DNA from: Treponema sp. UBA6988
GTDB taxonomy: Bacteria; Spirochaetota; Spirochaetia; Treponematales; Treponemataceae
NCBI GenBank assembly: GCA_002448445.1
Contig: DJYC01000112.1
Coordinates: forward strand, 51,334-115,333
Length of the DNA: 64,000 bases
Direction of reading: 5' to 3'
Part shown: one piece after another, positions 19,693-30,462 of the stretch
Layout: each line of letters starts with the position of its first letter
Numbering within the stretch: the stretch's first letter is position 1
The notes under the pieces: generated by a model
What the model was told of the DNA's origin: nothing
Seen by the model: the letters and a program-made list of their open reading frames with translations, nothing else
Databases searched by the model: none
Made by a program: the position numbers and the translations under genes

Positions 19693-21063
19693 ATGGCACA
19701 AGATAATGAACTGATTTGTGGATACAAGGATTTTTTGGCTAAGGGAAAGACTGAGCGGGAATGCGTTGCTTTCCTTGTAAAAGAAGCAGAAAAGAATGGT
19801 TATAAGAACATAGATTCGCTTGAAAAGGTAAAGGCAGGGGACAAGGTTTACCTTACCAAGTTTGGAAAGGCCATTGCCCTCTTTGACATAGGAAGCGACG
19901 GCTTGGAAAAGGGAATGAACATTCTTGGCGCCCACATAGACTCTCCCCGTCTGGACGTAAAGCAGAACCCTGTCTACGAAAGCGACTTTATCGTCTACCT
20001 TAACACCCACTACTACGGCGGAATCAAGAAGTACCAGTGGCTTACCCTGCCGCTTGCCATTCACGGTGTTGTCTGCAAAAAGGACGGCAGCACAGTGAAT
20101 GTTTGCATTGGCGAAAAGGAAGATGACCCTGTCTTTGTAATTTCCGACATACTTCCCCACCTTGCGCAAAAGCAGATGAAGGAAACCGCAGCTGAATTCA
20201 TTCCGGGAGAAACGCTGGACCTTATTTTGGGAAGCGAGATTCCCCTTGACCCGAGCGAATCCTCTGCAAAGGCTGACAAAGCAGACAAGTCTGACAAGCC
20301 CGAAAAAGACAAGGCTAAAAAGGCTGTGCTTAAGCTCCTAAAGGATGCATATAATATAGAAGAAAAAGACTTTGGTTCAGCAGAACTTGAAGTTGTTCCC
20401 GCAGGACTTCCCCGCGACCTTGGCCTTGACCGCTCAATGATTCTTGCCTACGGACAGGACGACCGCTCATGCGCCTACACTTCGGCCTATGCCCTTTTTA
20501 ACAGCAAGGCAGAAAAGCGCACCAACTGCTGTCTTTGCGTGGACAAGGAAGAAATCGGTTCGGTTGGGGCAACAGGCATGGCTTCCCACTTCTTTGAGAA
20601 TGCGGTTGCTGAACTGGTTGCCCGCATGGGAGACTACAGCGAGCTTACCCTTAGAAGATGCCTTAACAACAGCTACATGCTTTCAAGCGACGTTAATGCG
20701 GCTTATGACCCCCAGCACGGAGACTTGTACGACAAGGCAAACGCTTCTTTCCTTAACGGTGGAATCGTATTCAACAAGTACACAGGTTCCAGGGGCAAGT
20801 ACGATGCAAGCGATGCTTCACCGGAATTTATTGCCATGCTTAGGAATGCACTGGACAAGGCAAACGTTAAGTACCAGATGGCGGAACTTGGCAAAGTGGA
20901 TCAGGGCGGCGGTGGAACAATTGCCTACCTTGCGGCAAAATACGGCATGTACGTGCTTGACGCGGGCGTTTCTGTTCTTAGCATGCACGCACCCTGGGAA
21001 ATTACCGCAAAAGAGGACCTTGTTCAGGCGGCAAACGCATACAAGGCTTTTCTTAAGCTGTAG
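19693..21063 (+). CDS. M18-family aminopeptidase
   Basis: GAHIDSPRLD, GQDDR, DKEEIGS, SMHAP. Confidence 0.95.
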   Translation: MAQDNELICGYKDFLAKGKTERECVAFLVKEAEKNGYKNIDSLEKVKAGDKVYLTKFGKAIALFDIGSDGLEKGMNILGAHIDSPRLDVKQNPVYESDFIVYLNTHYYGGIKKYQWLTLPLAIHGVVCKKDGSTVNVCIGEKEDDPVFVISDILPHLAQKQMKETAAEFIPGETLDLILGSEIPLDPSESSAKADKADKSDKPEKDKAKKAVLKLLKDAYNIEEKDFGSAELEVVPAGLPRDLGLDRSMILAYGQDDRSCAYTSAYALFNSKAEKRTNCCLCVDKEEIGSVGATGMASHFFENAVAELVARMGDYSELTLRRCLNNSYMLSSDVNAAYDPQHGDLYDKANASFLNGGIVFNKYTGSRGKYDASDASPEFIAMLRNALDKANVKYQMAELGKVDQGGGGTIAYLAAKYGMYVLDAGVSVLSMHAPWEITAKEDLVQAANAYKAFLKL

Positions 21064-21159
21064 AAATTGTCTTCTAGACGGCATTGCAATTTTACCACAC
21101 CTCAAACATGCAGCGTCAACTAGAACCCATCGTTTCTTTGCAGAAGCACATGGGCATTG

Positions 21160-22338
21160 CTAAAGCTTTACCGTCTTTATGCGCAGGGCAGATGCAGCAA
21201 GGGCGGCTGCCAGGGATATTCCCGCATATAAAAGCAGGCCGAATATCCCGCCTGTTTTGTGAATGGCGGTAAGGTAAAGGTAGGGAGGAAAGATTTTCTG
21301 TATTGCGGCAGGGGCATTTATGCTTATGAAGACCGGGCAGACGATGAATGTTGCAAGCAGGATAAGGGGCATGGCTCCAGCAAGCAGGGCTTCGTCATTG
21401 AATGCGGCGCAGAAAAAGGCGCAGAAGGCGGCAGTTGCAAGCGAATAGGCCAAAAGCAGGGGGACTTCCTTTGTCCAGCCTTCAAACGTTCCCGAAAAAT
21501 AGAGTGAAAGAATCATTACAAGGCAGGCATCAAAGACCGGCAAAAATATGTAGAAGATGCGTAGGAAAAGTCTGCTGCGTCTGGAAAACCATACGAAGAG
21601 GCCCTTTTTGTCATCGCGTATGTAGTAAAAGGCTGCGGCAAACCCCAGAATCAGCAGGAAAATGCTGCAAAGTCCGCGGACAGGGGCTGCCAGCAGGGGA
21701 ACTTCCCTTGGCTTTGAAAGACCCTGTCCTTGTGGCCCGGCATATTCAACGGAAAAAACAGCAGCCTTTGGGCGGTTTTTATTGTACATGGAGTTAAAGA
21801 CTTCCTGGTCTGCGGCACTTGTAAAAGCGGTGTCATCAAGGCGGGCAATGTAGTTCCTTGTAATCTGGCAGGAAATGCGGGAAAAAAGGCGGCCAAAAAT
21901 CAATTCGGTTATGAGGCGGGTCACGACGGTGTTCTTTTTTACAATGACCCCTATCTGCTTTTTTACAGACTTGCCCTTTTCAAATTCGCGGAAGGATTCC
22001 TGCAGGTCGGAGGGAATGGCAAAGCCTACGGAAATCTTTCCCTCGGTTACGGCATCCTCCAGCTGGGATTCGGAGGAAAAGAATTCGTATTTTACAAGGC
22101 TGTCTCCGGAAAAAGCATCATTCATGGCCTGCTTTGTGTATTCGTCAGGGCCAGTGCCACCTGCAGACTGGGAAAGAGTATAGCCCACCTTTATGCCAAT
22201 GTCCTTGCTCCGGGAAGCCCTGTTCAAGGACAAGGCGGAAAGGGGCAAAAGCAAAAGAAGCATTATAAAGACCGGGGTTTTTAGGAAGCGCTTGTTCAAA
22301 AGGTGAACGCGGCGCAGCAAAAGGACTGTTCTATTCAT
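21160..22338 (-). CDS. ABC-2 type exporter permease
   Basis: N-terminal TM, extracytoplasmic loop, C-terminal TM bundle; in operon with an ATPase. Confidence 0.8.
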   Translation of the reverse strand: MNRTVLLLRRVHLLNKRFLKTPVFIMLLLLLPLSALSLNRASRSKDIGIKVGYTLSQSAGGTGPDEYTKQAMNDAFSGDSLVKYEFFSSESQLEDAVTEGKISVGFAIPSDLQESFREFEKGKSVKKQIGVIVKKNTVVTRLITELIFGRLFSRISCQITRNYIARLDDTAFTSAADQEVFNSMYNKNRPKAAVFSVEYAGPQGQGLSKPREVPLLAAPVRGLCSIFLLILGFAAAFYYIRDDKKGLFVWFSRRSRLFLRIFYIFLPVFDACLVMILSLYFSGTFEGWTKEVPLLLAYSLATAAFCAFFCAAFNDEALLAGAMPLILLATFIVCPVFISINAPAAIQKIFPPYLYLTAIHKTGGIFGLLLYAGISLAAALAASALRIKTVKL

Positions 22339-23590
22339 GCAAAATTCTCCTGCGGCGTAAGAAGACTGTAAGGACAAAAAGAAGTAGCGTGTAAAAGGCC
22401 GTAAGCAGACTGGGCCAGGGAGATGGATTTTCCCTAAAGGCAGACCGTATGCTTTCAAAGGCAACCCCACCGGGCGAGAATTTTGAAGCGATGCGCATTG
22501 CCTTGGGAAAAAGTTCCACCGGGTAAAAGCAGCCGCCAAGGTAGGCAAGGAAGACTGCCACTATAAAAAGCAGGGAAAGACCGCTTACCGTATCGCGCAC
22601 GTTTTCCAGCAGGAAAAGTTCAAGGGATACGGCAAAGGCCACGGCAGGAATCAGGTTCACCAGGAAACCGAACCGCCAGAAAAAGTCCAGGTTTTCAAGT
22701 TCGGGAATAAAGCCTTCTGCATGCCCTATGGTAAAGATGAACGCAATTGCCGGCAGGGCAAGGACTGAGGAAAGAAGCGCAAGGCAGGAAAGCCAGTCTG
22801 ATGCAACAAGAAGAAGGGATGAGCGCCCCCTGCTTGCAAGAACCTTCTGCATGGAATCGTCCGCTCGTATGTAGATAAAGGCATTCCCCAGCCCCCACAA
22901 AAGCAGGAAGAAGAATATCATTGCGCAAAGATAGTAGGCCCCAAGGGAAAGGACTTCCCCGGCCATGAGTTCCCTTGTGCCAAAGAGCGCTTGCCGCCCC
23001 ACCACAAGGTTTGCATAGTGGAAGTTAAGCTCGTATTCCCAGGAGCGTTCCTTTTTTCCGTAGCGCCCCAAGTGGTTTGCGTAATAGTCATGGTAAGTGT
23101 AGATTCCTGCCTGTGTGTCCGTGATTAGGGAAGATGCCCCGTCCAAAAACTCAGTGAGAATCTTTGTGCCAAGTCCTGCCTGTGCGCTTCCCAAAACGAC
23201 TTTTATAGTCTTGTTTCTTCCATATATGATTGAATCGATGAAGCCGTTGGGAATGACCGCATAGAGGTTAATCTCGCCAGAATAGAGCATTTTTTCCGCC
23301 TCTTCCTCGCTGGAAAGCTGGGTGAAGTCAACGGAAAAGCGGAAGTTGTCCATGTGCTCAAGGGCATAAATTCCCATTTGGAAATACTTCCCTTCGTTGT
23401 TCTCCACAAGGCCTATTTTTATCTTGGAATAATCGCTCTTGGATGAAGAAGACGAGAACTTTGCGTAGAAAAGGGCAGAAGCCATGCAGAAAATCAGCAG
23501 GGACATGAGAAAAATCTTGGGAAAACTCCTGAAGCTTCTCTTTAGCTGCAGGCGGGCATAGTTCATGCGGCTGTTCACGGCGGGCCTCAT
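22331..23590 (-). CDS. ABC-2 type exporter permease
   Basis: Same architecture; YLGGCFYP motif; ATGA overlap with the ATPase. Confidence 0.8.
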   Translation of the reverse strand: MRPAVNSRMNYARLQLKRSFRSFPKIFLMSLLIFCMASALFYAKFSSSSSKSDYSKIKIGLVENNEGKYFQMGIYALEHMDNFRFSVDFTQLSSEEEAEKMLYSGEINLYAVIPNGFIDSIIYGRNKTIKVVLGSAQAGLGTKILTEFLDGASSLITDTQAGIYTYHDYYANHLGRYGKKERSWEYELNFHYANLVVGRQALFGTRELMAGEVLSLGAYYLCAMIFFFLLLWGLGNAFIYIRADDSMQKVLASRGRSSLLLVASDWLSCLALLSSVLALPAIAFIFTIGHAEGFIPELENLDFFWRFGFLVNLIPAVAFAVSLELFLLENVRDTVSGLSLLFIVAVFLAYLGGCFYPVELFPKAMRIASKFSPGGVAFESIRSAFRENPSPWPSLLTAFYTLLLFVLTVFLRRRRILHE

Positions 23591-24276
23591 ATTGAATTTT
23601 CCAGGTCGCGCACAAGGGCCTTTACGTCGCCTGTATAACGGTAGGGCTCCAGTTTACCTGAGGAAAGCATGTAGCATGAATCGCAGAATTCAATTTCCTG
23701 TATGTCGTGGGTAACAAGGATTGCCGTTCCACCGCCAGCACAGAATTCGCCCAGGTAGCCAAGGATTTGCTCCTTGCAGATTATGTCCAGCGATGCGGAG
23801 GGCTCGTCAAGCAAAAGAATTTCGGGGTCATTTGCAACCGCACAGGCTATGGAAAGGCGCTTTTTCATTCCACCGGACATTTTTGAAACAGGCGTGTGGA
23901 TAAAGTCCCTTATGCCAAGCCTCTGCAGTATGCCGGAGGAAAGGGAATCTTCCAGGGAGGATTTTTTTGCCGGATACCAGAGGCTCAGGTTGTCAAGGGC
24001 TGAAAGCTCGGGGAAAAGCGGAATGCCCTGGGGGACATAGCCTTGAACCCTGTTACGGAATTTTGCATCGGTAAGCAGGTTCCGTCCCTGCCATACGGAA
24101 GAACCGGAGTCTGGCTTAAGGATTCCCGCCAGAATGGAAAGCAGGGTGGATTTTCCTGTACCGTTCTTTCCAAGTATGCCCACGCATTTTCCCTCCGAAG
24201 CTGAAAAGGATGCATCGGAAAGGACAACTTTCTTCCTATATATTTTACTTATATGCGAAACTTCCAACATAACCAT
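23587..24276 (-). CDS. ABC transporter ATP-binding protein
   Basis: GKNGTGKS, MSGGM, LLLDEP. Confidence 0.95.
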   Translation of the reverse strand: MVMLEVSHISKIYRKKVVLSDASFSASEGKCVGILGKNGTGKSTLLSILAGILKPDSGSSVWQGRNLLTDAKFRNRVQGYVPQGIPLFPELSALDNLSLWYPAKKSSLEDSLSSGILQRLGIRDFIHTPVSKMSGGMKKRLSIACAVANDPEILLLDEPSASLDIICKEQILGYLGEFCAGGGTAILVTHDIQEIEFCDSCYMLSSGKLEPYRYTGDVKALVRDLENSI

Positions 24277-24489
24277 AGGATTTTACCGCTTTTGCTTGAT
24301 TTGTGCAATTCATATAAAAACTATATAAAAAATGAAACTGCCGGGTCTTTCCTTCAAGGAATTCAAAAATCATGCGTTTGCTTGCGGTTTTTAGGCAAAG
24401 GGTGAAAAAGACAGGAAAAATTTAGCGTTATGTTGCTTTTTTGCACTTTTTGAATTATAGTCTTACTAGTTTCATTTTAAGGAGTTTAT

Positions 24490-26004
24490 ATGAAAAAGAT
24501 TACACTCACAGGAGCACTTGCTGCACTTATGGCCTCGGCAATGCTCCTTGCAGGCTGCGGTAATTCATCCAAGGCAAACAAAATGGAGCCTGCAGAATAC
24601 TACAGCTACATTGAGAACAAGGCCGTCGACGAAGGGCTCAAGTCATCAAAGTCCTTTTCATTTGAAGAAGGCTTTTCTGCAGACTTTGGTCTCAAGTTTG
24701 CCCTTCTTAAAGAAGGAAAGGCCCTTGCAAAGACATACATGGGTGCCATGGGCGGTGCAGACGGAGTTTCTGACCTTGACTGGCTCAACAACATTGACTT
24801 GACCGGAAACCTTTCCGTAAACAAGGGTGCCTTGGCTGCAAACATGACTGGCAGCGTAAACAGTGCAAAAATCAACCTGGACGCAGTCATGGACGAAAAT
24901 TCAGCATGCCTCCGCGTTCCTGAGCTGAACAAGGACTATGTTTCCCTTCCAGCAGCATTCCTCGGCGCAAATTCAGGCCTTAACGTTGGCGAAATCATAA
25001 AGGCATACACTGAATACATCACATCCATCCCCAATTATGAGGAAATCGTTTCCGAAGTCAACAAGTACAAGGATACCTACCTCAAGTACGCAACTGACGT
25101 TACAAAGAGCACTTCTAACTTAACCAGGGGCGGAAAGTCTCAGGAACTCACGGTTCTTACCGTAAACTTTGAGGGCGAAAACGCAGAAAACCTCGTAAAG
25201 GACATTCTTACACTCGCAAAGAGCGACGAATGCTTCAAGAGGGTCATCTCAGCCTTTGAAAACTACCAGAAGGCTTTGGCACCCTACAGTGACGCATTCA
25301 CTTACAGCAAGTTTGAAGAGGCAATCGATGACCTTTTGGACGACATGGAGGAATTCGGGCTCGGAGAATTCTCCAACATAAAGATGGACGTATTCGTAAA
25401 CTCAAAGGACGAAATCTGCGGAAGGACATTCAAGCTCAGCGACAATGAAATGGCTTCTTATGCCGTAACAAAAGACGGAAAGGACTTTGGATTTGAACTT
25501 TCTGCAGGCCCGGACGGAAGCATTGCAAGCATAAAGGGCAACGGAAAGTGCAAGGGCGACGTTTATACCGGCGACTACACCCTTTCCGTGCAGGGAAAAG
25601 ACGTCCAGAAGTTCACGATTGAAAACTTTGACGCAAAGGCTTTAAAGAAGGGCCTTGTAAAAGCTACGGTCAAGTTCACACCCGAAAACGCAGCCATGAG
25701 CGCCTACCAGTTTGCAGTTGACTTCAACGGGGATTCCACCAGCCAGAAGTACGGAGTTACGGTTGCCCAGGATTCCAAGAAGCTTGCAACTCTTGAGTAT
25801 TCAACAAAGATTGCCAAGAATTCTAAGGTAAAGATGCCTTCAGACGCAGTTTCCATAGAAGACGGGGAAGCCTTCCAGAAGTACACAAAGTCACTCAAGT
25901 TTGACAACCTCAATTCTATCATCAAAAAGATTGGCATGCCCAAGGAACTCGAGGGCCAGCTTACAGGCGCAGTAGACGGACTTGCAAAGTCTTTCGCTGA
26001 ATAA
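24490..26004 (+). CDS. Hypothetical lipoprotein
   Basis: MKK...LLAGC lipobox; AAGGAG RBS; strongly biased codon usage. Confidence 0.85.
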   Translation: MKKITLTGALAALMASAMLLAGCGNSSKANKMEPAEYYSYIENKAVDEGLKSSKSFSFEEGFSADFGLKFALLKEGKALAKTYMGAMGGADGVSDLDWLNNIDLTGNLSVNKGALAANMTGSVNSAKINLDAVMDENSACLRVPELNKDYVSLPAAFLGANSGLNVGEIIKAYTEYITSIPNYEEIVSEVNKYKDTYLKYATDVTKSTSNLTRGGKSQELTVLTVNFEGENAENLVKDILTLAKSDECFKRVISAFENYQKALAPYSDAFTYSKFEEAIDDLLDDMEEFGLGEFSNIKMDVFVNSKDEICGRTFKLSDNEMASYAVTKDGKDFGFELSAGPDGSIASIKGNGKCKGDVYTGDYTLSVQGKDVQKFTIENFDAKALKKGLVKATVKFTPENAAMSAYQFAVDFNGDSTSQKYGVTVAQDSKKLATLEYSTKIAKNSKVKMPSDAVSIEDGEAFQKYTKSLKFDNLNSIIKKIGMPKELEGQLTGAVDGLAKSFAE

Positions 26005-26249
26005 TCCTTAGCATTACAGGGGCGGGACGGCACAAACCAAGGCTTTGCCCTGCCCCCCTTCCTTTCCAAACCCGCCTTTTTTGCACCACCAGACAAAAAA
26101 AATTCATCTGTACCCATAAAATCATAAAAAAACGCATACTGTCCAACATAAAAAAAAACAAAAAAAATTTGGCACCAAAAAACCGTCCAATTTTGCGAAA
26201 AATAAGGCTTTCCGCCTGTTTTGGCCAGAAAAATCTCTATTTTGGGACA

Positions 26250-26306
26250 TTGACTTAAAACGCTACGGATAGTAGACTAATATTAATTGAACACCATATC
26301 TAGGGC
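26250..26306 (+). promoter_or_regulatory. nrdD promoter with a putative NrdR box
   Basis: TTGACT-17-TAGACT, then ACACCATATCTAGGG (26291-26305) resembling the consensus acaCwAtATaTwGtg. Confidence 0.6.
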
Positions 26307-26408
26307 AGAGGGAAAAACCAATACCAAACAAAGGGCAGAAATACCGGGCAGAAATGCCGGAATTAGATGCCCAATCTCATAAAGTAATACTGGAGTGTGT
26401 AAGTTTCT

Positions 26409-28625
26409 ATGAAGATAATAAAGCGCAGCGGCTCGGAAGTTCTTTTTGACAGGGAAAAAATCGTACTTGCAATTCGCAAGGCAAACAACCGTCAGGAAGT
26501 TAACGAAAAAGAACGCCTTACGGAAGCACAGATAAATTCTATAGTAGACGACATTGAAATTGAATGTCACAAAAGCGGCCATGCACTGAGCGTAGAAAAT
26601 ATTCAGGACCTTGTAGAAGACGGAATCATGCAGAACGGCGCCTTTAAGGTGGCAAAGCTCTACATAACATACCGCTATCTCCATAACCTGCAAAGAAATA
26701 CAACCGACGAGCAGATCTTAAGCCTCTTGGAGGAAAACAATGAGGAAGTAAAGCAGGAAAACTCCAACAAGAACCCCACCGTTGTTTCCGTACAGCGCGA
26801 TTACATGGCCGGGGAAGTAAGCAAGGACATTACCCGCCGCTTCCTCCTGGACGAAGACATTGCCGCCGCCCACGACCAGGGCCTTATCCACTTCCACGAC
26901 GCTGACTATTTTGCCCAGCACATGCACAACTGCGACCTTGTTAACTTGGAAGACATGCTGCAGAACGGAACCGTAATCAGCGGCACAAAGATAGACAGGC
27001 CTCATTCATTCTCCACAGCCTGCAACATAGCAACACAGATAATCGCCCAGGTTGCATCCTGCCAGTACGGCGGACAGAGCATCTCCCTTGCCCACCTTGC
27101 GCCATTCGTTCAGGTTAGCAGGGAAAAGATTCAGAAAGACATCCGCGACACAATGTCCGAGACAGGCATAACAGTAGACGAGCAGCAGTTCAAGTACATG
27201 GTGGAACGCCGCCTGCGCTCAGAAATCACCAAGGGTGTACAGACAATCCAGTACCAGGTAATCACCCTTATGACCACAAACGGTCAGGCTCCTTTCGTAA
27301 CCGTCTTCATGTACCTTAACGAAGCCAAGACTGAGCAGGAAAAAGCCGACCTTGCAATCATCATAGAAGAAGTCCTTAAGCAGCGCTACCAGGGCGTAAA
27401 GAACGAAAAGGGTGCCTGGATAACACCAGCCTTCCCCAAGCTCATCTACGTACTGGAAAACGACAACATAGAGCCCAATTCCAAGTATTACTACCTAACA
27501 GAACTCGCCGCCCGCTGCACAGCCCGCCGCATGGTTCCAGACTACATCTCCGAAAAAATGATGTTCAGCATGAAGGTAGACGGCAACGGAGAAGGCAACT
27601 GCTACCCCTGCATGGGATGCCGCTCCTTCCTTACCCCGGACAAGACAGGCAACGGCTACGCAAACATAGCAAACGCAGGCAACTGGCAGCCAGGAGTCTC
27701 CAAGTACTACGGCCGCTTTAATCAGGGAGTCGTAACGCTCAACCTTGTGGACGTGGCCTGCTCATCCTACCGCGACATGGACAAATTCTGGCAGATATTA
27801 GACGAAAGGCTTGAACTCTGCCACCGCGCCCTGCAAATCCGCCACAACCGCCTTATGGGAACAAAAAGCGACGCAGCCCCAATCCTTTGGCAGAACGGAG
27901 CACTTGCCCGCTTGAAAAAAGGCGAAACAATAGACAAGCTGCTCTTTGGAGGCTATTCAACAATAAGCCTTGGCTATGCAGGACTCTGCGAATGCGTACG
28001 CTACATGACAGGCTCTTCCCACACCTCAGAAGAAGGAAAGCCCTTTGCGCTAAAAGTAATGCACGCTTTAAACGATGCCTGTGCCAAGTGGAAGGAAGCA
28101 GAAAACATTGACTATTCCCTCTACGGAACCCCGCTCGAAAGCACAACCTACAAGTTTGCCAAGTGCCTCAAGAACCGCTTTGGTATCATCCCCGGCGTAA
28201 CGGACAAAAACTACATAACAAACAGCTACCATGTAAACGTCACCGAAAAAATCGATGCCTTTACCAAACTCACCTTTGAAAGCGAATTCCAAAAGCTAAG
28301 CCCGGGTGGAGCCGTAAGCTACGTGGAAGTGCCCAACATGGAAGGCAACATACCTGCCGTAATGACCCTGCTCAAGCACATCTACAACAACATCATGTAC
28401 GCAGAACTCAACACCAAGAGCGACTACTGCCAGAAATGTGGCTACACAGGCGAAATAAACATCGTAAGCGACGGCGAAGGAAAGCTGGTCTGGGAATGCC
28501 CCAACTGCGGCAACCGCGACCAAAGCACCATGAACGTTGCCCGCCGCACCTGCGGTTACATTGGCACCCAGTACTGGAACCAGGGCCGCACCCAGGAAAT
28601 AAAAGAGAGGGTCTTGCACCTCTAG
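26409..28625 (+). CDS. nrdD: Anaerobic (class III) ribonucleoside-triphosphate reductase
   Basis: N-terminal ATP cone (IIKRSG), MGCRSFL, CxxC...CxxC, RRTCGYIG glycyl-radical loop. Confidence 0.97.
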   Translation: MKIIKRSGSEVLFDREKIVLAIRKANNRQEVNEKERLTEAQINSIVDDIEIECHKSGHALSVENIQDLVEDGIMQNGAFKVAKLYITYRYLHNLQRNTTDEQILSLLEENNEEVKQENSNKNPTVVSVQRDYMAGEVSKDITRRFLLDEDIAAAHDQGLIHFHDADYFAQHMHNCDLVNLEDMLQNGTVISGTKIDRPHSFSTACNIATQIIAQVASCQYGGQSISLAHLAPFVQVSREKIQKDIRDTMSETGITVDEQQFKYMVERRLRSEITKGVQTIQYQVITLMTTNGQAPFVTVFMYLNEAKTEQEKADLAIIIEEVLKQRYQGVKNEKGAWITPAFPKLIYVLENDNIEPNSKYYYLTELAARCTARRMVPDYISEKMMFSMKVDGNGEGNCYPCMGCRSFLTPDKTGNGYANIANAGNWQPGVSKYYGRFNQGVVTLNLVDVACSSYRDMDKFWQILDERLELCHRALQIRHNRLMGTKSDAAPILWQNGALARLKKGETIDKLLFGGYSTISLGYAGLCECVRYMTGSSHTSEEGKPFALKVMHALNDACAKWKEAENIDYSLYGTPLESTTYKFAKCLKNRFGIIPGVTDKNYITNSYHVNVTEKIDAFTKLTFESEFQKLSPGGAVSYVEVPNMEGNIPAVMTLLKHIYNNIMYAELNTKSDYCQKCGYTGEINIVSDGEGKLVWECPNCGNRDQSTMNVARRTCGYIGTQYWNQGRTQEIKERVLHL

Positions 28626-28649
28626 GCTTTTGTCTTCTGAATTTTCCTA

Positions 28650-28915
28650 ATCTGGAGCATACTTGTTGGTAAAACTGTGTCCGGTCCTTCGGAACCGGCC
28701 AGACTTCCACGTCATTTTATCTCGCAAAAGCGCAGCGCCAAGGAGGGGCGCGTCTTTTCTTTGCAAGCACAACTGGTTAGTTTTCGTAAGAAAACTAACG
28801 GGATAAAATGACATGGAAGGCATTTTATCCCGCTTTGCAGGGTTCCGCGGGTCCCTTCCCGCTCCATTGCCTGACGGCAACGCGTTCCGCGCCCTTCCAA
28901 TCGGGGCTAGGCTCA
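28650..28915. repeat. Composite repeat: ACTGTGTCCGG module + middle module + structured repeat copy 4
   Basis: Colinear similarity to 48763-49019. Confidence 0.8.
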
Positions 28916-28947
28916 ATATCAAGAAAGCCCCCGCCAAGCATTGCCAA

Positions 28948-30363
28948 TTAGTCCTTCGGCAGCCACTTTCCACTCTTAAAGTAGACAAAGAAAAAGAGTG
29001 CGCTTATAAACCATGAAAGAGGATAGCAAGTTATAACCTTCAGAAAGTCTTCCGTTCCCCGGCAAAAAGAAAAAAGCCAGACCAGCCTGGTGCCGCAAAT
29101 GCCAAATAGGGTTGCCAGCATGGAAATGTGTGTCTTTCCAACCCCGCCTATAATTCCCGCAAAAATTTCGTTGGGAACATAAAGGAAAAATGCCGGCGTA
29201 AGGAAGAAGAGAATCCTAAGCCCCATGGCAACAACATCTTCCTCGCCCGGAATAAAGAGATTGTAGAAGAAACGCCCAAAAAGCCTGAATACAACAACCA
29301 ATGCAAGCGTTATCAGATTCATTATTAAAAGTCCCTGCCAGGTGCTCTTCTTTATTCGGTCATATTTCCCCGCGCCAAAATTCTGCCCGGAAAAAGTGTT
29401 CAAAGCCATTCCCATGGAAGACACGGACATCCAGAAAAGGGCATCAAGCTTGCCCCATGCAGTCCAGGCCGCAATCGTGTAGGTGGGAAAGGTGTTTATA
29501 AAGGACATCAGCGTCAAATTGGAAACCGGGTACATCATAGCGCAAATGCCGGAAGGTACCCCCAGCTTGACCATCCTCTTTAGCAAAGCGGGATTCACAC
29601 TGATTCTTGAAAATTCAACCTTGTAAACCTTGTCCGTCCTCGTAAGCGGAATAAAAATCAGCACCATGCTTATCGCTTCGGAGGCAATCGTGGCAAGGGC
29701 AACCCCGGCAACCCCAAGGTGCAGTCCAACGACAAAAAGGCAGTCAAGGAAAATGTTCGCAAAGCAGGCAATGACAAGCACAAGAAAGGGAGTCTTGGAA
29801 TCCCCCGTAGCCCTCAGGATACTTGCCCCGGTATTGTACAAAAACATGGGGATAATACCAAGAAAATATATCTTTAGATACGTAACCGCATTGGCAAAAA
29901 TATCCGGCGGAGTCTTTATCAGCCTAAGGGCAAATGCAGAGAAATTTACGCCCACAAGAGTCACCGCAAGCCCCATTATAATAGAAAGAACTATAAAGGT
30001 GTGAAGAGCTTTGGAAAGTTCCCGCCATTTCTTTGCCCCAAAAAACTGGGAAATTATAATAGCAGCCCCGTTGGCAAGCCCCCCGCAGAAACCTATCAGA
30101 AGGTTTATAAAGAACATGGTGCCACCGCCAACCGCCGCCAGGGCCTCCTTTCCAACATAGCGCCCAACTACAACCGCATCCACTGTGTTGTAGAGCTGCT
30201 GAAAAAACATCCCAAGCATAATCGGCAGCATAAAAGTAATAATGCCTTTCCAGATTGGCCCTTCCGTAATGGAAGACTTGGCCGTAACTTTGCTCAACAT
30301 AGAAAAACAATAATGTTTTTTGCGCCTTTTGTCATTAACGGCAAGCACTAATCCTTCACTCAT
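28948..30363 (-). CDS. MATE-family efflux transporter
   Basis: QQLYNTVDAVVVG, GVAGVALAT. Confidence 0.9.
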   Translation of the reverse strand: MSEGLVLAVNDKRRKKHYCFSMLSKVTAKSSITEGPIWKGIITFMLPIMLGMFFQQLYNTVDAVVVGRYVGKEALAAVGGGTMFFINLLIGFCGGLANGAAIIISQFFGAKKWRELSKALHTFIVLSIIMGLAVTLVGVNFSAFALRLIKTPPDIFANAVTYLKIYFLGIIPMFLYNTGASILRATGDSKTPFLVLVIACFANIFLDCLFVVGLHLGVAGVALATIASEAISMVLIFIPLTRTDKVYKVEFSRISVNPALLKRMVKLGVPSGICAMMYPVSNLTLMSFINTFPTYTIAAWTAWGKLDALFWMSVSSMGMALNTFSGQNFGAGKYDRIKKSTWQGLLIMNLITLALVVVFRLFGRFFYNLFIPGEEDVVAMGLRILFFLTPAFFLYVPNEIFAGIIGGVGKTHISMLATLFGICGTRLVWLFSFCRGTEDFLKVITCYPLSWFISALFFFVYFKSGKWLPKD

Positions 30364-30462
30364 GCCTGCAATTATATATTATCCCAAAATATAAGAAAAT
30401 TATAATTTTTACGTTATTTGATAACTATTTTGCATGTCAAATGCAATTTTGTTATTGTTTTC